From: a virus
IMG/VR virus record: IMGVR_UViG_3300027833_000028
Coordinates: 1-64,000 of that record
Length of the DNA: 64,000 bases
Strand: one strand, 5' to 3'
How positions within the stretch are numbered: the first letter of the stretch is position 1; the number at the start of each line of letters is the position of its first letter. The notes beneath the pieces were generated by a model, which ran no database searches, had not been told where the DNA came from, and worked only from the letters and a program-made list of their open reading frames with translations. Positions 28,207 to 37,600 of this stretch are shown here, piece by piece. The translations under genes were made by a program, and so were the position numbers.

Positions 28207-30435
28207 ATGATTCCAACAAACTCAAGCGGCACCACAAATGGATGTGACAGTATATCTTCTAATTGTGTAATATGGCAAGGACCGGACATTTCATGCATAG
28301 ACTTATGTAATGGGGATTCTATTTCTGAAGTAGTATTTAAATTAGCTACTAAACTGTGTGATCTTATAGAAAGTGGGGTTGAGGCAAACCCTAATTTAAC
28401 AGGGTTAGATTTATCATGTTTAGATTTACCAGGTACTGACCCTACTGAAATTGTACCTGTATTACAGGCTATGGTAGTGCAGATATGTGCTAATGCTGAC
28501 ACAACACCAGTTGTTGCACGCCTTACTACTGCTAGCATGCCAATAATGACATTGCAGCAATGTTTAGAATATAACGATGCAAATGGAAATCCTGTAACTG
28601 AATTACCTTTAGATGAGTATGCTACTCTTATAGCACAACAGGTATGTAGAAATGTTCAGGAAATAATTGACATTAAAGCTCAAATTGCCAATATAACTTC
28701 AAGATTAACTTTAATAGAAAATTGTGTGTTTGTTGGTGGTGTGTGCCAAGTTGGTACATCAGACGAAGTACAAATTATTCCAACTTGTGTTAGTACAGTT
28801 GGACAATTAACAGATGTATCCGTTGTAGTACTGGCACTTGAAAGTGCTTTTTGTGCTTTACGAGATGCTGTAGGTACACCAGCATTAATTAGTAATGCTG
28901 TAGCTCAAACAATAATAACTGGCTCAACATCAATGTTGAGTGTAGAAGGTGCAACATATAATTCAATAGGAGGTTACAATACATCACCTTCAACATTAGC
29001 ACAGTCTGTGCAAAATGCATGGGTGGTTATTGATGATATGTATAATGCAATTCAAAGTATACAAACTAATTGCTGCCCAGGCGGGTGTGACTCAGTCATA
29101 TTTGGATATACAACAGCAGTGAGATTAGATACAGTAGGAGTGATAGAAGCAATTAATTTTGATTTTACTAGTTCTTCAATACCTACTGGTTTTAATGATA
29201 CATCAGGACGTTCTTTAATTACACTTACTGATGCAAATGGATCTTCATTGAGTGAAGTAGTAAATGTAGCATCATTACAAAATAATGCATCTGGTATACA
29301 AATATCTACAGGATCATTAAATGTATTTCAAGACATAAGCATTACAGTTGACTTTGTTGTATCAAATGGAACTGATACATGTGAAACAAGAATAGCAAGT
29401 TTATCAAATGGAATTATACCATGCCCAACCGTGTTAGTGGGAACAGTAACCGGAACAGAAGCTGAATTAAGCTTTTCAAATAATTTAGGAATAACAGCTC
29501 AGTATACTTTAGATTTACTTCAAAGTTCTGTTGTAGTACAATCACATGTATTCAACAATCCAGGAGTAGGCTTATCACATAACTTTACAGGATTGACTCC
29601 TAATACAGCATATCAAGCTAGACTTACAATAGTTATTGATGGGGCTACTAAGGTTTGCCCAATACTAGTAGATGTTGTAACAATTGCTGGTGCAGCACCA
29701 TGTACAGAAGGTATGGATGTAGCATTTGTAATTGATTATACATTTAGTATGAGTGGTATTATAGATGGTGTAAAATCAGGTGTAGCTTCTCTTGTTAGTA
29801 CAATAGATACAGCATCAGGATCTAATGACTATAGATTAGCATTAATTACTGCTGATGAAAGAGCTAATCCTTCACCAAAATATTCTTCTTGTGTAGACTA
29901 TACAAGTTTACCAACATCTCAAAAAGTTGCAAATTTAGGCTCAGCAGGAAATTATCAATTTATAACATCATGGGAGCAATTTGGAACTAACAATGGTGCA
30001 ACGTTTACAACACAATTAGATAAATTAAATGGAGGGGTAGATGGTACTTGTGTAAATCTTGGAGATGGTAATGGACTTCCTGAACCAACAGATTATGCAT
30101 CTCAGTTAGTTGTAGGGGGTGCTGCATTAAGTGGAACTCTTAGAAGCAATGTAGCTAAGTATGTTATTATTATAACAGATGCTTTACCAGGTGGAACATC
30201 TGATGCATTTAATGCAACAACATGGTCTGGTATTCAGTCAATGATTGCATTTGCAAATACTAATGGAATTAAATATAATGTATGTGGACCTGGAGTAAAT
30301 TTATCAGGATCAATACCTCCTGTAACAGATCCTATTTTCCCATGGAGAGAATTAGCAACACAAACAGGTGGGGTTTGGAATGCATCTGCTGATGCATCAC
30401 AAATTAGTGCTGATATAATAGCTGGTTGCTCATAA
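28207..30435 (+). CDS. Cys-rich virion appendage protein with FN3 and C-terminal von Willebrand A domain
   Basis: FTGLTPNTAYQARL (FN3); DVAFVIDYTFSM (MIDAS DxTxS at 29734-29748) and VIIITDA. Confidence 0.8.
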   Translation: MIPTNSSGTTNGCDSISSNCVIWQGPDISCIDLCNGDSISEVVFKLATKLCDLIESGVEANPNLTGLDLSCLDLPGTDPTEIVPVLQAMVVQICANADTTPVVARLTTASMPIMTLQQCLEYNDANGNPVTELPLDEYATLIAQQVCRNVQEIIDIKAQIANITSRLTLIENCVFVGGVCQVGTSDEVQIIPTCVSTVGQLTDVSVVVLALESAFCALRDAVGTPALISNAVAQTIITGSTSMLSVEGATYNSIGGYNTSPSTLAQSVQNAWVVIDDMYNAIQSIQTNCCPGGCDSVIFGYTTAVRLDTVGVIEAINFDFTSSSIPTGFNDTSGRSLITLTDANGSSLSEVVNVASLQNNASGIQISTGSLNVFQDISITVDFVVSNGTDTCETRIASLSNGIIPCPTVLVGTVTGTEAELSFSNNLGITAQYTLDLLQSSVVVQSHVFNNPGVGLSHNFTGLTPNTAYQARLTIVIDGATKVCPILVDVVTIAGAAPCTEGMDVAFVIDYTFSMSGIIDGVKSGVASLVSTIDTASGSNDYRLALITADERANPSPKYSSCVDYTSLPTSQKVANLGSAGNYQFITSWEQFGTNNGATFTTQLDKLNGGVDGTCVNLGDGNGLPEPTDYASQLVVGGAALSGTLRSNVAKYVIIITDALPGGTSDAFNATTWSGIQSMIAFANTNGIKYNVCGPGVNLSGSIPPVTDPIFPWRELATQTGGVWNASADASQISADIIAGCS

Positions 30436-30450
30436 AATAAAAAATAAAAA

Positions 30451-31017
30451 ATGGCTTGTAATTGTACAAAATGTAGTAATAAATGTAGTTGTGCTGATAC
30501 AGCATTAACTAATGCATGTACTTATACTGATTGTAGTGTAGGTAGTGAAAGATGTAATGATGTTCAAAGTGCAGCATGTGTAAGCTATACGGGTACATCA
30601 TTTCAAATAGGTGATACTAATAGTAAAATAGTTATAACCTCCGGTGAACGGTTGGATTCTATTATACAAAAGTTTTCTATGATACTATCAAATGGGTTAG
30701 GGGCTTGTACTTCTAATGATGTTCAGCATGATCCATATAATGTATATGCAGGTGTAATAACTAGTAGTACTATTTCAGTATTGTGGAATGGCATATGGAG
30801 TAATAGTACAGGTATTAATATATATACTGCACCTCAAATAGGAGGAGGAAGTAATGTCTGGACGCTACAGAATAGTACACCAATTGTTACTAATGTAAGT
30901 AATTTTACTATAACAAATTTAGTAGCAAGTACAGCATATAAGGTAAAAGTTGTTGATAACGGCAACAGTGCTGCATGCAAACCAATAGAGCTTTTAATTT
31001 CTACTCTAGCAGCATAA
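30451..31017 (+). CDS. Cys-rich protein with an FN3 domain
   Basis: MACNCTKCSNKCSC N-terminus; TISVLWN...FTITNLVASTAYKVKV is an FN3 pattern. Confidence 0.78.
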   Translation: MACNCTKCSNKCSCADTALTNACTYTDCSVGSERCNDVQSAACVSYTGTSFQIGDTNSKIVITSGERLDSIIQKFSMILSNGLGACTSNDVQHDPYNVYAGVITSSTISVLWNGIWSNSTGINIYTAPQIGGGSNVWTLQNSTPIVTNVSNFTITNLVASTAYKVKVVDNGNSAACKPIELLISTLAA

Positions 31018-31063
31018 AAAAACAACACGTGGTGGTTTGTTGGTTTTCTACTACAAACGTTGG

Positions 31064-31097
31064 AAGAGGCTGGATATATTCCAGTCTCTTTTTTTTT
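31064..31097 (+). terminator. Rho-independent terminator
   Basis: AAGAGGCTGGA-TATAT-TCCAGTCTCTT plus T tract. Confidence 0.88.
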
Positions 31098-31134
31098 CTT
31101 ATCTTTACAATAAAAAAATCAAATTATTTAACTT

Positions 31135-32358
31135 ATGGATAATATAAAGCAAAAAGTTCTTGACAGTTTAAAATGGAAAAAGCACCCATCATATTGTGCT
31201 GAAAAACTGAACATTACAGAAAAGCAGTATAAGAAAGTAAAGAAAGAATTATTAGCAGAAAGAAAAAATAAAAAAAAGAAATCAATATTTTTTAGCAAAG
31301 CTGCAGACAATGCACAAATTGCAGAAGCAATTGATTTAGAAAATGGAACTGGAAAGTTATCAGGAACGTTTGATCATGAGCCTAAAAGTGCAGAAGAAAT
31401 AGTTATCTTATTAAAAATAGATACAGATAAATGGAAATTATCTCAGTATTGGAATAAACAAATGGGTGATCACTGGAGAGTTTCAGCATTAGTATCACAA
31501 ATAAAAAATCCAGAAGAAAAACTATTTGAAGACTTACTGAAAAACTGGACTCCCAAAAAATATAAAATATCAAATATACCTTATAAAAATAAATTTACTG
31601 ATGATCCACATTGTGCAGTGATATCTCTACAAGATATTCATTTTGGTAAAGAAGGTAATGATACCATAGATAAAGATTTTGAAGATACAGTTAAGAACTT
31701 AGTAAGTAGAGCAAATGCTATACATTACATAGAAACCATGTATTTTGTTGTAGGAGGTGATTTAATCAACATGGATACCTTTCAGGGCACAACCACAAGC
31801 GGAACACCTTTAGACAACTGTATGAGCGCTACAGAGGCTTATGTGCAAGCATTTGATGCAATGCATTGGGCTGTAACATATATTAAAGCTCACTGTGATA
31901 AATTAGTTGTAGTATATGTCCCTGGAAATCATGATAGACTTTCTTCTTTTCATTTAGCTCATGCTCTCTCAAGATCAATAGATTGTGATAAAATAACATG
32001 GGATGTAAAATATGAAGAAAGAAAGGTTCATGTATGGCATAATAACTTTAATGCATTTGAACATGGTGATAAGCGTAGCAAGAATAATCCTTTAATATAT
32101 GCATCAGAGTATCCAAAGGCTTGGGGTGACACAACAAATAGAACATTATTTAAAGGTCATATACATACAGATAGAAAGGTTGAATATATGACATCAAATG
32201 AAACAGCAGGTTTTATAGAAAAGACTTTACCTAGCCTAGGTAAAACAGATTACTATCATTACAGTAACAAATATGTAGGTAACAGACGTTCAGGTAAACT
32301 AGAAATACAACACCCTACTATGGGTAATATATGTGAATTAACTTACCAAGCATTGTAA
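31135..32358 (+). CDS. Calcineurin-like metallophosphoesterase with an N-terminal HTH-like region
   Basis: All five motifs present: DIHFG, GGDLINMD, GNHD, EHGD, GHIH. TATCTTTA promoter-like box at 31100-31107. Confidence 0.88.
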   Translation: MDNIKQKVLDSLKWKKHPSYCAEKLNITEKQYKKVKKELLAERKNKKKKSIFFSKAADNAQIAEAIDLENGTGKLSGTFDHEPKSAEEIVILLKIDTDKWKLSQYWNKQMGDHWRVSALVSQIKNPEEKLFEDLLKNWTPKKYKISNIPYKNKFTDDPHCAVISLQDIHFGKEGNDTIDKDFEDTVKNLVSRANAIHYIETMYFVVGGDLINMDTFQGTTTSGTPLDNCMSATEAYVQAFDAMHWAVTYIKAHCDKLVVVYVPGNHDRLSSFHLAHALSRSIDCDKITWDVKYEERKVHVWHNNFNAFEHGDKRSKNNPLIYASEYPKAWGDTTNRTLFKGHIHTDRKVEYMTSNETAGFIEKTLPSLGKTDYYHYSNKYVGNRRSGKLEIQHPTMGNICELTYQAL

Positions 32359-32396
32359 AGACCTTACTTTTAATTTCATTAAGTGGTCTTTTTTTT
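32357..32396 (+). terminator. Probable Rho-independent terminator
   Basis: AAAGACC..ACTT/AAGT-GGTCTTT stem plus a T tract that runs into the motif variant TTTGTAAATTAT (32394-32405). Confidence 0.65.
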
Positions 32397-32417
32397 GTAA
32401 ATTATAAATATAACTGT

Positions 32418-32984
32418 ATGATCAACAATTTTAAAAAACCCAATTTAAATGCTCCAAGATATAGAGAGAAAAGACTGGGATTGTTAAATGAACAAACAAT
32501 TAAAGAGTTTAAAGAAAAAAAGCCTTTGTACTCAGATATAGATAACGTTAAATTAAAAAAAATAATTAAATTATATAATGTTAAACTTTGGAATACTGTA
32601 GTAGAAAATAGAGATGGGGTAGAATTACCTGATTCATTAGGTTATTTATTTATTGGAACATGCCCCTCTTCTAAATCTATTAATACAAATTACGCATTAT
32701 CAAAACAATATGGTAAAGTTTTACAAAATAAAAACTGGGAGACAGATGGAAATTTAGGTAAAATATTTTATACAAACTACTCTACAAAGTATAGATTTAA
32801 AAATAGAGAGTTGTGGAGGTTTGTAGCATGCAGAGAGTTTAAAAGAACTGTTGCAAAAACTTACCCTAATAACTGGACAAAGTATTTAGTTATGAAAAAT
32901 AAATATAAGGTGGCTCATCTATATGATGAAAACCCTGAAGAAACCAACAAAGCATTAAAGTATTATAATGAATTTGAAAAATAA
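32418..32984 (+). CDS. Divergent IHF/HU-like protein
   Basis: LKKIIKLYN...DGVELPDSLGYLFI. crAss-like phages carry IHF-like genes just before the tail tube genes. Confidence 0.6.
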   Translation: MINNFKKPNLNAPRYREKRLGLLNEQTIKEFKEKKPLYSDIDNVKLKKIIKLYNVKLWNTVVENRDGVELPDSLGYLFIGTCPSSKSINTNYALSKQYGKVLQNKNWETDGNLGKIFYTNYSTKYRFKNRELWRFVACREFKRTVAKTYPNNWTKYLVMKNKYKVAHLYDENPEETNKALKYYNEFEK

Positions 32985-32989
32985 GAAAC

Positions 32990-33664
32990 ATGGCAACAAT
33001 AGCAGACGTAGTATCTAGAATTAGAGGTCAAGTAAAAGCTGAAGTTCAAGATGCATTTACTACAGATAGATATATTTACAGTCTAATTGAAAAGTATGCT
33101 CAAGTTTTAATGAGAAGGCAAGACTATGCAAATAAATTAATGAAGTTTAATTCAGTATGGAAAACATTACCATATGTAGAATTGATTGACGTAGATAAAG
33201 TAGAAGCACATTGTGCTGGAATACAAAGCGGTTGTACAATAAAACGTACAAAACATAGATTACCTTCAATGTTTGAAGGTTACTGGGGCCCTCTAATACG
33301 TACCATTAGTTCAATAGATGGTTCACAAGAGTTACAAGGAACCCAACCTGGTACATATACTTCAATGACTAAAACAACATCTTTTAAATATAACAACACG
33401 TTATATTTTTGGTGGTTAGATGGATATATTTATTGTCCAAATATAGCATGGGATGCAATTAAAGTTGAAGGTGTATTTGATTCAGATATTACAAAATGGA
33501 ATTGTGACACAGAAGATGACTGTACACCTAGATATGAACAAGAAATTTACATACCTGAAGCATTGTTTGCTGAAATAGAAAGTCAAGTAATTCAGACTAT
33601 GGTAGGTACATTAAAAATACCATCTGATGATTCAGATAATAAACGTAACCTAGCAAGAACATAA
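32990..33664 (+). CDS. Tail ring protein (putative)
   Basis: 224 aa; synteny between the IHF-like and muzzle genes. Confidence 0.55.
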   Translation: MATIADVVSRIRGQVKAEVQDAFTTDRYIYSLIEKYAQVLMRRQDYANKLMKFNSVWKTLPYVELIDVDKVEAHCAGIQSGCTIKRTKHRLPSMFEGYWGPLIRTISSIDGSQELQGTQPGTYTSMTKTTSFKYNNTLYFWWLDGYIYCPNIAWDAIKVEGVFDSDITKWNCDTEDDCTPRYEQEIYIPEALFAEIESQVIQTMVGTLKIPSDDSDNKRNLART

Positions 33665-33674
33665 AACAATAACA

Positions 33675-34610
33675 ATGGGAGTATCACAAAAATATAGAAC
33701 ATTTAGTCAATTAATGGAAGACGTATCTATTGATTTTTCTAACTATGCGTTAGAAGGAATGATAGAACCTGCTCAATTGATAAAAGTTGCAACCAGAGTA
33801 AACTATGATTTGGGCTTAAAGATTCATAGAACTAAAGAAGTAGTAATAGATATTGAACACGGAAAAGGACAATTACCATTTGACTTTCAATATTTAAATT
33901 ATGCTTTTAAATGCGGAGAATATACAGTTAATAATACAATGCCTTCTGGCACTCATGTAGAAACTTTTAATGATGTACCCTATGTACCAGCGCCAGGTGA
34001 ATCAGCACCATGTGAAGATGGGGAAGCATGTAAAGATGTATGTGTTGTTAAAACATGTAATGATACAAATAGTTATCAATTAGTACAAAGAGTTGGGGCA
34101 GGTCAATTTAGAACATTCACAGATTGGACTGAGCTAAGAATTAAAAATGTTAATGATAAAGTTTGCTATTGTCCAAGTCTAGGAGCACAAGCCGTAGATA
34201 TAGCAGAAATTAAAGACGGTTTTTTAATTACAACTTTCCGTACAGGTAAAGTTTATTTGAGTTTTCAAGGAGCAATGGAAAATGCTGTTGGTGATTTACT
34301 AGTATTAGATCAACCATACTGTAATGAATATTATGAGTATGCACTAAAACAAAGAATATTAGAAAATATGGTTTGGAATGGTGAGAATGTTTCTCAGCAA
34401 TTAGGTTTAGTTGAAACAAGATTAAGAGCCGCTAGAAATAATGCATTAAGTTTTGTTAATACACCAGACTTTGCAGAAATGAGAAAGGTATGGACTATGA
34501 ATAGAAGAGCGCAGTATCATAATTATTACAATATGTTTTTAAGTTATGCCCCTGTCAATCCTAGAGTTGTTACAGGACCTTCTACATTAGGATCATCAAC
34601 ATCATATTAA
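33675..34610 (+). CDS. Tail tubular/ring protein (P22 gp4-like position)
   Basis: 311 aa; GQLPFDF and GKVYLSF...YEYALKQRILE; synteny. Confidence 0.55.
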   Translation: MGVSQKYRTFSQLMEDVSIDFSNYALEGMIEPAQLIKVATRVNYDLGLKIHRTKEVVIDIEHGKGQLPFDFQYLNYAFKCGEYTVNNTMPSGTHVETFNDVPYVPAPGESAPCEDGEACKDVCVVKTCNDTNSYQLVQRVGAGQFRTFTDWTELRIKNVNDKVCYCPSLGAQAVDIAEIKDGFLITTFRTGKVYLSFQGAMENAVGDLLVLDQPYCNEYYEYALKQRILENMVWNGENVSQQLGLVETRLRAARNNALSFVNTPDFAEMRKVWTMNRRAQYHNYYNMFLSYAPVNPRVVTGPSTLGSSTSY

Positions 34611-34624
34611 AGAAGTAATATATT

Positions 34625-37600
34625 ATGGCAAAAAAGAAATCTTCTTCACCAAGGGGTACACAGGGTCAAGGATCATCCTCAGTAAATACAAATTCATTTA
34701 CAAAAGGAATGAACAAAGATGTTACACCTTCCTTTGAAAGTAAAGAGTCATGGTGGCATGCACGTAATGTAGCAAACAATTCTGAAGATGGAGATTTAGG
34801 AATAATAGGGAATGAGCCATCAAATTTATTGTGTGGTGTTATTCCATATACTGTTATTGGAGCAATACATAGATATGGTGATGAATGGATTATTTATTCC
34901 ACGGATAATATAAATTCTGAGATAGGAACTTTTGATGATAGTGAATGTAAGTATACAGCTTTAGTAAATGATCAATGTTTAAATTTTAATAAGAAATTTT
35001 TAATAACAGGTGCATCTAAAGAAAACTTTGACTGTACATGGCAAGTATATTGGGATGATGGAAACAATCCATCTAGAACATTAAATATTGATAAGATTCC
35101 ATGGAAACAAGAACAAATTACAGGTCCAGATATTAATGGATCTGATTGTGTTGAGTTTGCAGATATAATACCAAGAACATTAAATTGTGAAAAAATAAGA
35201 TTAGCACCGTTAGTAGATACACCTTGTGTTGAAATAACACAATCAGTTGATTCAGGTCAAGTAGCTAATGGAGCATATCAAGCATTTATAGCTTACACAG
35301 AGAATGAACAAAAAATAGGGGATTACATTGGTATATCTAATATACAAACTATATTTAGTCATTTAGGTACTAATGGTTCATTAGATATATCTGTATCTAA
35401 TTTAGATGAAAAGTATGACTATTATGAATTAGTTATATTAAGAAGAAATCAAGGTCAAACATCTGCAAAAAAGATAGGTCTCTACAGCACTCAACAAAAG
35501 CAAATTAATATTGATTATATAGATGAGGCATTGGTTGCTATTGATTTAGTACAAATTCCTTTGATGAGTCCAGCTTATGAAAAGTCTGAATCAATGTTTG
35601 TTGTAAATGATTGGCTTATTAGACAGGGGCCTGTTGAACAATTTGATTTTAATTATCAACCTATAGCAAATGATATAAAAGTGGAATGGGTTACTAATTC
35701 AGTACCATCTAATTATTATCATAAAGGAGGAAATAAATATAATTTTCTAAGGGATGAACAGTATGCATTTTTTATAAGATGGATATACAATACAGGTGAA
35801 AGATCTTCTTCATATCATATCCCAGGTAGAGCTCCAGAAGTAGTTGATATAGGAGGTGTACCATATAATGAAGATCAACTTTTCAATGGTGCTAATGTAT
35901 TAAATACTATAGATGGTGAAAAACTATTTAAAGTATATAATACTGCTACTGTTGAAAGCACAGCTGTAAGTCAGTTACCTGATGGTTCAACAATAACATC
36001 AAGAGGTAAAATGGGTTTTTGGGAATCTACAGAAAGATATCCAAATGAACCAGATATTTGGGGTGATCTATGTGGTAAATTTATTAGGCATCATAAAATG
36101 CCTACTGAGGAAACTGGACCTTCTGTAGCTTTATCAAATACAGGAAATGATTTAATAAATCTTTTAGGTGTTCAATTTAATAATATTGGTAGACCTAAAT
36201 ATAATGATGGTACATATATTCCAAATGTAGTAGGTTATGAGTTATTAAAAGGTTCAAGACTAGGAGCTAAATCTATATTAGGAAAAGGCTTGTTTAGAAA
36301 CATGCGTAAATATGAAGTACCTAATCCTGAAGACTTAATAGGTAATGGGGTACAGGGATTATATCCTAACCATCCATACAATGATTTAAGACCTGATGTA
36401 TATTTTCAGAATGGAACAAATGATAAATTAACAAATGGGTGTGATAAATTTGGTGATTCAATAACTAGGTTTAAACCTTTAGGTTTTGCAGGAATAGTAA
36501 ATGGTGAACAATCAGGATATTCTCAATCAGTTTTTACATTTTCATCACCTGACTTAAACTTTACAAAGCCTTTTTTAAATGCATATGAGACACGTTTATA
36601 TGGTCAGATATCAGGTAGGTCATCAGGATACTTTATACCATCAGAAGATCACCCTAAACAAAAAATAATAAGAGGTATTGCTGCATTTGCTGCAGCTATA
36701 ATTGGGTTTGGATATGCAATACATCAATTAAGAGGTACTACTGGTAGAAATGCCACAAGTAATAGTACTAATTTATCTAGTACAACAGTTAAAGGTGAAG
36801 AAATTATAGGTAAAAGACAAGGAGGGGGTGGTGGATTTGTAAGTTTAACGGTACCACCCGGTGTTGCAACAGTAAACTTAAATAATAGAAATGGTGGAGA
36901 GATTTCTGGTGGTGATTTTCAAGGACCATGGGATGATAGGTTTGATGATTATATTGATGCTGCTAGGGACGAGGCTATAAGATCTGGAGAGGATTCCGGA
37001 ACTCTAATGAACTCTAGTGGAACAATAGATTTTGCCCCTGAGTCAGGAGCTCAAGGAGGATTTGGTTTAGCTGGTTTAGCTGATTTATATGCTGGTGGTA
37101 GTGCTACAGATAATGCTGAACAAAGAAACGCTGATGATAATGCTGAAGAAGGTGCAATACCAGGTGTTCAAAGTGGTAAAGTAGAAACAAGTAAATTAAA
37201 AGATACTAATATATCAAACTTACCAAGGTTTCTTAGAGTAGTTACAAATATATTAAGCATGCAAACCAACATTGCCATTGCAGGTAATGAAATTATTGAT
37301 GGTTTTTATAACTCAACTGACTTCCGTGATTACATGTGGAAGTACAATTCTGATGGACAATTTACAGATTTTACTCCTGTTAGTAGTGGTTTATGGAGAA
37401 TTAAGAATGAAGACTCAAATTATATAGGTTCTTCTTTTCAAACTTTTGATAATGGTAAATATAAAATAAATAATTTATTTAGACCAAGCACAGTTGCTGT
37501 TTCATTAAGTCAAAATATAGATGACCCTACTGTACAAGATAATTCTAGATTTGTGGTAGGAGGTTCAGTTAATGCTGATGGTACTGATAATGTTCATAGT

